From Candidatus Bathyarchaeota archaeon (lineage in GTDB: Archaea > Thermoproteota > Bathyarchaeia > TCS64): 64,000 nucleotides of DNA. The position numbers and the translations under genes were made by a program. The DNA is taken from assembly GCA_016783455.1 (NCBI GenBank), contig JADHWN010000001.1, forward strand, positions 41,930 to 105,929, in the 5' to 3' direction. The notes below the pieces were generated by a model. The model did no database searches and had not been told where the DNA came from. It saw nothing but the letters and a program-made list of their open reading frames with translations. Below, one piece after another: positions 53,917 to 62,892 of the stretch. Every line of letters begins with the position of its first letter. Positions within the stretch are counted from its first letter, which is position 1.

Positions 53917-55218
53917 TCAGCCTTTGTAGTTGCTGAAGAACTCCTCGGATGCTGTAAGGTACTCGTCCACGTCCTCTTCGGTGTGGGGCTCAGCGAGGAA
54001 GGAGTGGGGTAAGCCCGGGGTGACGTAGGCGAAGCCCCTGGGGATCATATGCTCGTAGAGGGCTAAGGCTGGCCTCTTGTCATTCTTGAGCACGTCCCTG
54101 GCGTTGCGGGGCCTCTCCTTCTGGAAGTGGATGGCGAACCCTGATCCCACGCCCGTGATGACCGCATCAACATTGCTCCCGCTGATTATGTCCTCGAGGC
54201 CCTCCCTCATCCTGCTCCCCAGGGCGTCTATCTTCTCGTAGACCTCTCCGTTCCTGAGGATGTCGAGGGTTGTGATCCCAGCTATCATGCTGATCGGGTT
54301 CCCCGTGAAGGTGCCTCCGTGGAAGGACCGTTCGCTGTCATCGGGATACTTCCTGTGGTCGAGGCGCTCGAAGACCTCCTCGGAGCCACAGAAGGCCCCG
54401 ATGGGGAAGCCCCCTCCCATGACCTTCCCTAGGATGGTGATGTCGGGGTTAACGCCGTAGTAGCCCTGAGCGCAGCTCGGGCCCAGCCTGAAACCGGTGA
54501 TGACCTCGTCGAAGATGAGGAGGGTCCCCGTCTCGTCGCAGATCTCCCGGAGCCCCTCGAGGTAGCCCGGATCTGGAGCGAGGAGGCCAGCTGCCCCCAT
54601 TATAGGCTCCACGATGAGGCAGGCCTGCCCCTCCCCCTTCAGAGCCTCATTCGCGGCGTCAAGGTCGTTGAATGGGATGACCGCCGTATCCTCCGTCGTC
54701 TTCGGATTCAAGCCCGCGGACGCGGAGGCGTCGAATGGGGCGTGGACCGCCTTGTGGAGGCTGTCGTATCCGCCATGCCAACCCCCCTCTATCTTAACCA
54801 TCCCCATCCTGCCCGTGTACGCTCTGGCCAGGCGGCTCGCGTACATGTTGGCCTCGGTCCCGGAGCTGGTGTACCTGAGCATCTCTGCCGAGGGCACCAT
54901 CTCAACGAGGCGCTCCGCCAGTTTGACCTCCAGCTCGTGGGAGAAGCCGTAATGGGTCCCCCTCCCCAGCTGCTCCCCGACGGCCTCCACCACCGCGTCC
55001 GGGGAGTGACCCAGAATTAGGGCGCCGTGCCCCACCCAGTAGTCGGTGTAGATGTTCCCGTCGACGTCGGTGAGCTTGACACCCTTGGCGCTCTTCACGT
55101 AGTAGGGATGAGGGGTGATATCCCTGATGCCGTATGACACACCAGCCGGGAGGACCTTTCCCGCTCTGGCGTAGAGCCTCTTGGAGGTGGAGGTCTTCTC
55201 CTCGTAGGTCTTCAACAT
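53917..55218 (-). CDS. Glutamate-1-semialdehyde 2,1-aminomutase-like class-III aminotransferase.
   Basis: 433 aa. LLIFDEVITGFRLG, and the PLP lysine in TILGKVMGGGFPIGAF. Confidence 0.8.
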   Translation of the reverse strand: MLKTYEEKTSTSKRLYARAGKVLPAGVSYGIRDITPHPYYVKSAKGVKLTDVDGNIYTDYWVGHGALILGHSPDAVVEAVGEQLGRGTHYGFSHELEVKLAERLVEMVPSAEMLRYTSSGTEANMYASRLARAYTGRMGMVKIEGGWHGGYDSLHKAVHAPFDASASAGLNPKTTEDTAVIPFNDLDAANEALKGEGQACLIVEPIMGAAGLLAPDPGYLEGLREICDETGTLLIFDEVITGFRLGPSCAQGYYGVNPDITILGKVMGGGFPIGAFCGSEEVFERLDHRKYPDDSERSFHGGTFTGNPISMIAGITTLDILRNGEVYEKIDALGSRMREGLEDIISGSNVDAVITGVGSGFAIHFQKERPRNARDVLKNDKRPALALYEHMIPRGFAYVTPGLPHSFLAEPHTEEDVDEYLTASEEFFSNYKG

Positions 55219-55268
55219 GAACCACTGAGTACATCTAGCCTTCTACAGACTTAGGCTTTAAGGTGAAA

Positions 55269-57140
55269 TCACATGAAAAATGAGGGTTTCAGGACCGTTT
55301 TCCCGGTCTGTGCCTTCAGGTTCAGAAGCTCTCCCTTCTGCGCCTCGAGCACCGCCCAGAACTCCTCGGGCATCTTGGGCTCGTCCCGGAAGACCTCCTC
55401 CATCCTGGAGATCTTCTCAAGGTAGTTATCGACACGCACGCTGAACTGCTGGTCGTACTCCTCCTGAGAGTACTCCCTGTCGAAGACACGCCTGAACAGG
55501 CCCCTCAGATCATCGTATAGCGGCAGGTAGCCTATCGGCGTCCTGATGGCGGGGTACTCCCCGTGTACGCGGCCCTCGGCCCAGAGGATCCAGACCTTCT
55601 TGTCCACCTTCTCGTTGGTGTACTCTCCCTCGTGCTTCAGGAAATAGTTGGTGGCGTAGACCTTGGGGCAGTTCCTGAGGTTCCTCCCGAACTTGATGTG
55701 GTTGGAGAGGTAGAGGCCTAGGGGTACAACCATGAAGTCCATGACCGCCATGGGGCTGCTCGTCCTCACGCCCCTCTTCCCGAGGGTCGCTGAGGTGGTC
55801 TCTGACTCTATGGTGGCGCCGAGGTAGACACCGTGCTCCCAGCTCAGGCTCTCCGAGATGGGGACGTTGGTGTCGGAGTCCCTACCACCGTAGTAGATCC
55901 CCCGTATCACGACGCCGTCGGGGTTGTCGATGTTGGGGTCGGCGTTCTCGAGCACGCTCAGCCTTATGGTGTAGCGGGCGTTGGGGTGGGCGAGGGGTAT
56001 CTCGTTCCCCTCGGGGTCCTTCTTCCCCTTCCACCAGTCACCGGAGTGGTTCACACCCTTGGTCGGGTACTCCCCGTCCTCCAAACCCATTCCCAGCCAG
56101 TAGGGGCGCCCTTCGGCGATGAGGACATTTGAGAAGATCATCTCCCGGGGGGTCTGGAGCACCTTATAGATCAGGGGGTCGTCGACGGTGTTCACGTCCC
56201 TGATGATCCCGAAGACCCCGGACTCGATGTTCACTGCCCTGCAGTTGCCCGCGTCATCCATCTTTAGGTAGGCGATGTCGTCTCCCACGATGCTCTGACC
56301 GGGTATCATGGCGGTGCTGGTCTTGCCGCAGGCGCTGGGGTAGGCGCCGGCGAAGTACGTCACCCTCTCCTTCTCCGGGGGGTGGACCCCCATGATGAGC
56401 ATGTGTTCTGTGAGCCAGTCCTCTTGGTTCGCCTTGTAGATGGCGAGGCGGAGGGCCAGCTTCTTGAGGCCGAGGCTGTTGCCGGCGTACTGGTTGTTGA
56501 CGCTGTAGACCTTGCCGTCCATGAAGTCGACGTAGATCCGCCTCCCCTCGACGTTCACGGTGCAGTTGCGCTCGTCGATCTCCCCCGCCGAGTGGATGAA
56601 GGTGAAGAAGTCCGGGGAGCCCTCGAGCCTCTTGAACTCCTCGTAGCCGCTCCTGTAGAGGAGGTCCTCACTGTGGGCTACGTAGGCGGAGTCGGTCAGC
56701 TGCAACGCGCATATTGAGAACCGGGAGTTGGTGGGTCCCAGGCTGAAGAAGCGGACGAAGACTTCCTTCCCCTTCATCGCTCCGTTGAGGAGTCCCAGGA
56801 CCTCCTTGAGCCCCGCTTCCCTCTCCACCGAGTTGATGCCCCGGCTCAGGGTCTGCCCCTCAGGGAGGAGGACGGCGGTGTGGGCCTTGTCCCTAGCCTG
56901 ATCTTGGAAGCCGTCGTAGTGGATCGTGTGGCCCTCCATCTCTAGCTTGCGTTCCTCCCCTAGCTCCAGGGCCCGCTGTCTGACGTAGGCGACCTCTTCA
57001 GGGTCGTCCGTGATAACACTCACCCTAGTGGGCTTGCACAGCCTCACGAACCTCTCAACCTGCTCAATGACGTGGGGATTGACGAGGGCATTTAATTTAT
57101 CAATGTTTTCCGGATCGAGAAGACCCTCTAACGACGCCAT
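55269..57140 (-). CDS. pckG: Phosphoenolpyruvate carboxykinase (GTP).
   Basis: 623 aa. Kinase-1a P-loop AYPSACGKTS. The GTP-PEPCK blocks FAGAYPSACGKT, IVGDDIAYL and YGGRDSDTNVP are present. Confidence 0.9.
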   Translation of the reverse strand: MASLEGLLDPENIDKLNALVNPHVIEQVERFVRLCKPTRVSVITDDPEEVAYVRQRALELGEERKLEMEGHTIHYDGFQDQARDKAHTAVLLPEGQTLSRGINSVEREAGLKEVLGLLNGAMKGKEVFVRFFSLGPTNSRFSICALQLTDSAYVAHSEDLLYRSGYEEFKRLEGSPDFFTFIHSAGEIDERNCTVNVEGRRIYVDFMDGKVYSVNNQYAGNSLGLKKLALRLAIYKANQEDWLTEHMLIMGVHPPEKERVTYFAGAYPSACGKTSTAMIPGQSIVGDDIAYLKMDDAGNCRAVNIESGVFGIIRDVNTVDDPLIYKVLQTPREMIFSNVLIAEGRPYWLGMGLEDGEYPTKGVNHSGDWWKGKKDPEGNEIPLAHPNARYTIRLSVLENADPNIDNPDGVVIRGIYYGGRDSDTNVPISESLSWEHGVYLGATIESETTSATLGKRGVRTSSPMAVMDFMVVPLGLYLSNHIKFGRNLRNCPKVYATNYFLKHEGEYTNEKVDKKVWILWAEGRVHGEYPAIRTPIGYLPLYDDLRGLFRRVFDREYSQEEYDQQFSVRVDNYLEKISRMEEVFRDEPKMPEEFWAVLEAQKGELLNLKAQTGKTVLKPSFFM

Positions 57141-57316
57141 CTAATATCTTTGAGAGAATATTCGCTATGTATATAGCCTTTCTGATTTCGTAAAGACTAG
57201 TACTTATCCTATTCCCTTAAATAGGCACTATCTTGACCCTGGAGGGTTAAAAGCCGTCTTTTAAAGCATATTTACAGGTAAAAGATAGGAATAAACTAGT
57301 TACAGGGGTTAAAGGT

Positions 57317-57326
57317 TTTAAATAAG
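57317..57326 (+). promoter_or_regulatory. TATA-box candidate (TTTTAAATAA).
   Basis: About 30 nt upstream of the ATG at 57356, in an AT-rich divergent intergenic region. Confidence 0.4.
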
Positions 57327-57355
57327 TCAACAACGCGTATACGAGGTTTTTCGGA

Positions 57356-58273
57356 ATGGTTGTGAAATCCAACAAGGACAAGCTGATGAAGCAGGCGCTG
57401 ATGGGCAAGGTCGCCCCGCCGGTGATGGCGGCCTCCGGGAGGAGCACGTACGTCACCACCTGGGACGGCAAGCCCAAGATCGGCATCGGCGTAGGCGGAA
57501 TCAAGTACAACGTCAAGATGGGGGACCCGTGCCTCGGCTGGCCCGAGACGGAGTACATGACCCCCGGGGTAGCCCTATATGGAGCCGACGAGAAGGCCGA
57601 GTACGACAGGCGCAGCGCGAGCGGAAGTGGCACGGCGTTCACAAAGCTGAGCTGCATCGGGAACAAAGTCACCGTGGTCGGCGGAGACGCCAAGGGCTCC
57701 AAGGGAGTGGTCACAGGTAAAGGTGGGGTCGGGGGCACGAGCAGGCACATCCTCTCCCACTTCCCCAGGGATGTCCTGAAGAAGCTGAACATCGGGGACA
57801 AGATGAGGGTCGCCTCCAAGGGGGTGGGCCTGAAGGTGGAGGGCTTCGACGGCAGGCTCTTCAACATGGCCCCCTCGTTCCTCGAGGCGCTGGAACCGGA
57901 GCTAGATGGGGACGTCCTGGAACTCCCCGTCGCAAAGGAGATACCAGTCATCGCTATGGGAATGGGTGTGGGCGGCTCCTCAGCGGAGTCCGGCGGTTGG
58001 TGCGTCCAAGTGTCCCCACCTCATCTTGTGGAGATGCTGGGCCTTGGCGACCTGAGATTCGGCGACCTGGTGGCCTGCAAGGACGCCCTCATGTCCTACG
58101 GGAAGGGCTACTACAAAGGCGCTGTCACGGTGGGAGTCGTGACCACGGGGGAGAGCCAGGTTGCGGGACAGGGGCCAAGCGTGATGGCCATCGCGGCCTC
58201 GAAGCACGGCAAGATAAAGTCCAGGGTCGACGCTACGGCGAACGTGGCCAAGTACCTAGAGCTGGAGGGATGA
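57356..58273 (+). CDS. Conserved hypothetical protein, tandem paralog A (possibly DUF4438-like).
   Basis: 305 aa. It is homologous to the next gene, sharing blocks KDKLMKQALMGKV / KDRLVKQAVMAEV, IGIGVGGIKYNV / IGLGMSGVKYNV and GYYKGAVTVGVV / GYYKGAVTIGIV. Confidence 0.5.
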   Translation: MVVKSNKDKLMKQALMGKVAPPVMAASGRSTYVTTWDGKPKIGIGVGGIKYNVKMGDPCLGWPETEYMTPGVALYGADEKAEYDRRSASGSGTAFTKLSCIGNKVTVVGGDAKGSKGVVTGKGGVGGTSRHILSHFPRDVLKKLNIGDKMRVASKGVGLKVEGFDGRLFNMAPSFLEALEPELDGDVLELPVAKEIPVIAMGMGVGGSSAESGGWCVQVSPPHLVEMLGLGDLRFGDLVACKDALMSYGKGYYKGAVTVGVVTTGESQVAGQGPSVMAIAASKHGKIKSRVDATANVAKYLELEG

Positions 58274-59136
58274 CTATGGAGACAAACAAGGACAGGTTAG
58301 TCAAGCAGGCAGTGATGGCCGAGGTAAACCACCCGTCCGCCTCTAGGGGCTACAGGGTCGACTGGGACGGAGTTCCCCGGATCGGCCTCGGCATGTCCGG
58401 TGTGAAGTACAACGTGGGCGTCGGCGACCTCTGCTACTACCTCGAGAACGGTGAGCACACGGAGCCCGGTCTTAGCATCTCCAACAACAACCCCGGAGAG
58501 GGACAAGCCCTGGGAGTGCTGGGCTGCATAGGCAACCACGTGAAGCTCACCTCGGGGGAGGCGAAGGGTGAGAAGGGGTACATCACGGGGAAGCACGGGA
58601 GCTTCATGTGCTGGTTCCCGCCCGAGGTGCAGGAGAAGATCAGCCCCGGGGACAAGATCAAGGTGAAGGCCTGGGGCGTAGGGCTGAAGATCGCTGGCTT
58701 TGAGGAGACGGTCAGGGTGAACAAGATAGACCCGGAGCTCTTGGAGAAGATGGGCGTCGAGGTGAAGGGCGGTAAGCTCCACGTCCCCGTGACTAAGGAG
58801 TACCCGTGCTGGATAATGGGCTCCGGCTACGGCATGTTCCCTGTGACCATCGACTACGACATCCAGACCACGTGCGACCTTGTCTGGGACGAGCTGAACC
58901 TCAAGGACATCCGCTTCGGGGACATCGTCTGCCTCAGGGACCAGCTCAACTGGTGGGGCAGGGGCTACTACAAGGGGGCGGTGACCATCGGCATCGTCAT
59001 CCACGGCTGGAGCTACTCCGCGGGCCACGGCCCCGGCGTGACAACGATACTCAGCTCGAAGGACGACACCATCGTGCCCAAGATAGACCCCAACGCCAAC
59101 ATAGCCTATTATCTGGGTGTCAAGGAGAAGCCCTAG
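58266..59136 (+). CDS. Conserved hypothetical protein, tandem paralog B.
   Basis: 290 aa. It overlaps the preceding paralog by 8 nt (ATGACTATGG), so the two are translationally coupled. Confidence 0.5.
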
Positions 59137-59144
59137 TAAAACCC

Positions 59145-59159
59145 TTTTTTTCTTTTTTT
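59145..59159 (+). terminator. Strong oligo-T terminator (T6-C-T7).
   Basis: accctttttttctttttttc begins 6 nt after the TAG stop at 59134-59136. Confidence 0.5.
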
Positions 59160-59222
59160 CGTACTCGAGAGACGTTTATATTCCGCCCCAGTTCGATCCA
59201 GAACAGACGGCTTGTGGCATCC

Positions 59223-60275
59223 ATGAAGCTGACCAGACGTCGATTCCTTGAGGTTGCCGCTCTTGCAGGAGCGGGGATCATCATAGGCGCCTACCTTGAC
59301 CCCTTTTCAAGCAGTGAGGATGCCAAGGAGACCGTTGAGAATGGAGATAATGGGATGAATGGACCGAGCGACGTCGAGTCGGACGTGTACATCATCAAGG
59401 CGTCAGATCGTTTAGAAGGGTTGGAGTCTTTACTTGGCGAGTTCGACATGTCCAAGTACTCGGGCAAAGGAGTGGCCTTGAAGGCGAACTACAACGACGA
59501 CCACCCGTTCCCCGCATCCACCCATGTGGACACTCTCAGGGGGATCGTGGGCGCCCTCAAGGGTGCGGGGGTGGCTGGGCTGACTCTGGCCGAGAGGAGC
59601 GGAATGGGGGTTGCCAGGGCGGTCATGGAGGAAAGGGGGGTCTACGGTCTCGCCGAGGAACTGGGCTTCGAGGTCATCTCCCTGGACGAGGTGGGGGCGG
59701 ACGGCTGGACCAAGGTCAATGCCGAGGGGCTCCACTGGAGCGACGGATTCTACATCTCAAACGTCTTCCTGGAGGCCGACCACGTGGTCCAGACCTGCTG
59801 CCTCAAGACCCACAGGTTCGGGGGGCACTTCACCATGTCCCTGAAGAACTCGGTGGGGCTCGTCGCGAAGACCATCCCCGGGATCAACCACAACTACATG
59901 GACGAGCTCCACGGCTCACCCCACCTGAGGCGCATGATAGCCGAGATCAACGCGTTCTACGACGTCGACCTCGTCGTGATGGACGCGATGAAGGCCTTCG
60001 TGAACAGGGGGCCCGAGGCCGGGGACACCGTGGAGCCCGGGCTGCTCCTAGCCAGCAGGGACCGCGTCGCCCTCGACGCCGTGGGCGTGGCCATCCTGAG
60101 GAGATACTGCTCCACGGATGAGGTCATGAGGGGCTCCATCTTCGACCTTGACCAGATAAAGAGGGCGGCCGAGCTGGGTATTGGCGTGAGCAGCGCCGAC
60201 TCCATCAGCCTGATACCCGTGAACGACGAGGCCCAAGGTATGGTGGGAGAGCTGGAAGGGATCCTGAAAGAATAG
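59223..60275 (+). CDS. DUF362-domain protein with a twin-arginine (Tat) signal peptide.
   Basis: MKLTRRRFLEVAALAGAGIIIGAY is an RR-x-FL-x Tat motif. The remaining ~330 aa resembles DUF362. Confidence 0.6.
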   Translation: MKLTRRRFLEVAALAGAGIIIGAYLDPFSSSEDAKETVENGDNGMNGPSDVESDVYIIKASDRLEGLESLLGEFDMSKYSGKGVALKANYNDDHPFPASTHVDTLRGIVGALKGAGVAGLTLAERSGMGVARAVMEERGVYGLAEELGFEVISLDEVGADGWTKVNAEGLHWSDGFYISNVFLEADHVVQTCCLKTHRFGGHFTMSLKNSVGLVAKTIPGINHNYMDELHGSPHLRRMIAEINAFYDVDLVVMDAMKAFVNRGPEAGDTVEPGLLLASRDRVALDAVGVAILRRYCSTDEVMRGSIFDLDQIKRAAELGIGVSSADSISLIPVNDEAQGMVGELEGILKE

Positions 60276-60278
60276 GGT

Positions 60279-61352
60279 TTAAGCGTGGACCGTTATCCTG
60301 CCCATGGAGGTCTTGGCGACGACGCCTATCTTCCTACCTTTTTCCTCGAAGCCCATCGTCTTGACCGCCACGTGATGCTTCTTTGACCTCAGGTACTCCA
60401 GCTCAGGGAGGTCAACCGAGATCCTGCCCATGCTCGTCGTGAGGTCCAAGTCGTACCCGTTGTCGGGATCGTCCGAGACGCCGAGATCGATGGTCCCATG
60501 GCTCGTGAGAAGCTCGTAGTTCCCGCCCTCGCTGCATGGGAGGGAGAGCTGGATCTTGCCGTTGCTGGTCTTCAGGTATGCGTCCGTGGACTTCAGCTCG
60601 CCCTTTATCTTGCCATTGCTGGTCCTTATGTTGAGAACCTGGGCGTCGACTCCGTCGAGGACGACCGCTCCGTTGCTTGTCTTCCCGTCAAGCCTCTCGG
60701 CTGTGATGTTCTCCATGAGTATCTTGCCGTTCGAAGTCTGCAGGTCCAGGTTACTGCCCTCGATCTCTGCGAGGTTGATCGACCCGTTGCTGGTCTTCAG
60801 GTTCAGCGCCGTCTCGACTCCCCTTGGGAGGGTGGCGTCCACGCAGACGCTGTACGAAACCCTGTGTGCGGGGTGGTCGAAGCCGAGGCTCAGCTTCTTC
60901 AGGCCCTCGACCTCTGTCTCTGAGAAGTCGACTATCAGGGCTTTCAGGTTCGTATCAGCTTCCTCCTCGGTGTATCCCCAGGCCTTGATGAGGAGGTCGA
61001 TCTTGTACTCGGGCTTGTCCCAGGTGCCGACGTTTATCTTGCCGTTCCTGCTCTCGACTTCGAGGAGCAGCTTGTCTGTCTCGACTGGCCCGGTGAGGGT
61101 CCTCTCCTCCTCTACTTTATACCGGTTGGTGCCCCATGAGCCTGCCCGGGCCTCCTCCGTTGCGCTCTTGACGGTCTCCTCGATGGTCCTCACAGCTTGG
61201 TTGACCATCGTCTCGATGCTTCCCTCCAGAGTGGAGAGGTCCTGGCGGGCCGGTACGCCCTCCTCCTCCGCCCTGCTCGTCCTCTGACCGCAGGCTGAGC
61301 AGAAGTAGGCGTCTTCGGAGAGCTCCTTCCCGCATTTAATGCAATAAACCAT
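60279..61352 (-). CDS. Zinc-ribbon plus DUF4097-like beta-strand-repeat (putative adhesin/YvlB-like) protein.
   Basis: Start at MVYCIKCGKELSEDAYFCSACG (CxxC...CxxC). Repeated [LK]KTSNG[KS]I strands follow (TSNGSINL, TSNGKILM, TSNGAVVL, TSNGKIKG, TSNGKIQL). Confidence 0.55.
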   Translation of the reverse strand: MVYCIKCGKELSEDAYFCSACGQRTSRAEEEGVPARQDLSTLEGSIETMVNQAVRTIEETVKSATEEARAGSWGTNRYKVEEERTLTGPVETDKLLLEVESRNGKINVGTWDKPEYKIDLLIKAWGYTEEEADTNLKALIVDFSETEVEGLKKLSLGFDHPAHRVSYSVCVDATLPRGVETALNLKTSNGSINLAEIEGSNLDLQTSNGKILMENITAERLDGKTSNGAVVLDGVDAQVLNIRTSNGKIKGELKSTDAYLKTSNGKIQLSLPCSEGGNYELLTSHGTIDLGVSDDPDNGYDLDLTTSMGRISVDLPELEYLRSKKHHVAVKTMGFEEKGRKIGVVAKTSMGRITVHA

Positions 61353-61533
61353 ATTTGGCCACTGAGATGGGTTGAGCGTTCTCGGGTTATAAGGGAAGCT
61401 CACCTCTGGCAATCACATGATGTGAGTAAAAGGTCTGAGTGGATGCAACCGTAAGTTCCTATGTCTTGGGATGACAGCCCAAGAAATATTAGCTGTGACT
61501 AATCTATGTGGACTCCGGACCTAAATTCAACCC

Positions 61534-61740
61534 TTACTTCTCGGAGTAGAAGTGATCCGGACAGTAGAAAGGGTTCTCACCTTTCTGTGCTTTAATGCGG
61601 GTCTTCACGACCCTGTCACCTGCCTTGAAGACCTTCCCACATCTCATGCACTTGACCTTGATGCCAAAGTTGCTATATGTCTGCAGGCTCCGTTCCGTCA
61701 GCACTAGCTCCTTCACAGTCGAATCTATAGACTTCCTCAA
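61534..61740 (-). CDS. Small zinc-ribbon protein, hypothetical.
   Basis: 68 aa. CMRCGKVF...FYCPDH is a C-x2-C ... C-x2-H arrangement. Confidence 0.35.
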   Translation of the reverse strand: MRKSIDSTVKELVLTERSLQTYSNFGIKVKCMRCGKVFKAGDRVVKTRIKAQKGENPFYCPDHFYSEK

Positions 61741-61998
61741 ACTCTTCTTTAATAAGAATCCGGTTGAATATCTTTAGAATTCGGTCTAAAACTATTTTAA
61801 ACTGAAAACATAGTTAATTTAATGGAAAGTACCTCTTTCACAGGATTTAATTTCAGTTAATATTCTAATATGTTCAGATTTGTGAAAAGGTCTGACCATA
61901 GAGGCTCATTGCATCGTGAATGTGTCTCCGAGAGGCTGTTTCATGCCCTCTGGGAATCGATATATAATCAGTTCAGCTTTCAATGGTCTTGATAGCTC

Positions 61999-62526
61999 AT
62001 GGACGTTCTGGAGGCCATCAAGGGGCGGAGGAGCATAAGAATGTACAAGGCCGACCTTGTCCCCGAGGAGCTGATGCGGGTGCTCGTGGAGGCCGGGCAG
62101 TGGGCACCCACCGGCGCTAACCGGCAGAACTGGAAGTTCATCGCGGTGACCGACCCCAAGCTCATGAGGAGCGTGAAGAGGATCTCGCCAATGATGTGGG
62201 GGGAGGCACCTGCAGCCATCTTCATCTGCCAAGACCTAACACGGAGCAGGGCCCCACCTGAGGGGGGATCCGGGAGAACCACCGGATTCGTCTCCCAGAA
62301 CATCATGCTCGCGGCGTACTCGCTGGGGCTTGGGACCTGCCCTATCGGGGGGTTCAACAGGGCGGCTGCCAGGGACCTCCTCGACGTCCCCGACGACATG
62401 GTGCCCCTCCTCCTGATAACCGTCGGCTACCCTGATGAGACGCCGGAGGTGAGGCTCCGGAGGCCCTTCTCAGAGGTGGCCTACCTGAACTCGTGCAGGA
62501 ACCCGTGGAGGGTCGGGGATGAGTGA
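61999..62526 (+). CDS. Nitroreductase-family protein.
   Basis: 175 aa. RRSIRMYKADLVPEELMRVLVEAGQWAPTGANRQNWKFIAV is a classic nitroreductase N-terminus. GLGTCPIGGF is also present. Confidence 0.75.
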   Translation: MDVLEAIKGRRSIRMYKADLVPEELMRVLVEAGQWAPTGANRQNWKFIAVTDPKLMRSVKRISPMMWGEAPAAIFICQDLTRSRAPPEGGSGRTTGFVSQNIMLAAYSLGLGTCPIGGFNRAAARDLLDVPDDMVPLLLITVGYPDETPEVRLRRPFSEVAYLNSCRNPWRVGDE

Positions 62527-62803
62527 GGAGCTCGACGAGGCCTTCCTGGACTACATGAGCTACCTGGTCTTCATGGCGGCCCAGCTGCCGTGGGGCTACG
62601 GGAGCTTCGCCCTGGTGAAGGGCCTCGGGAAGGTGCTGGAACTGAAGGCATTGAGCGCGGAGCTGGGCCACGACGAGCTCTGCGGAAGGCTAAAGGCCGA
62701 GCTGGACGCCGTCGAGGGCACACCCTCCTCCGAGACGGAGACCTGGACAGCCCTTCTCGACAGGCTCACCTCTATCCTCACCGAGGAGATGAAGAAGGCC
62801 TAG
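62519..62803 (+). CDS. Hypothetical small protein. Its start overlaps the nitroreductase stop (ATGAGTGA).
   Basis: 94 aa, helical and acidic. There is no homology signal. Translational-coupling geometry supports it being real. Confidence 0.35.
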   Translation: MSEELDEAFLDYMSYLVFMAAQLPWGYGSFALVKGLGKVLELKALSAELGHDELCGRLKAELDAVEGTPSSETETWTALLDRLTSILTEEMKKA

Positions 62804-62892
62804 AGACGAGCCTGCTCTGCTTCATCGAGGCTCTCCGAGGTACCGTACACAGTATTATATCGAGAGGTTAAGATTCTATAGAGGCGTTAGAG

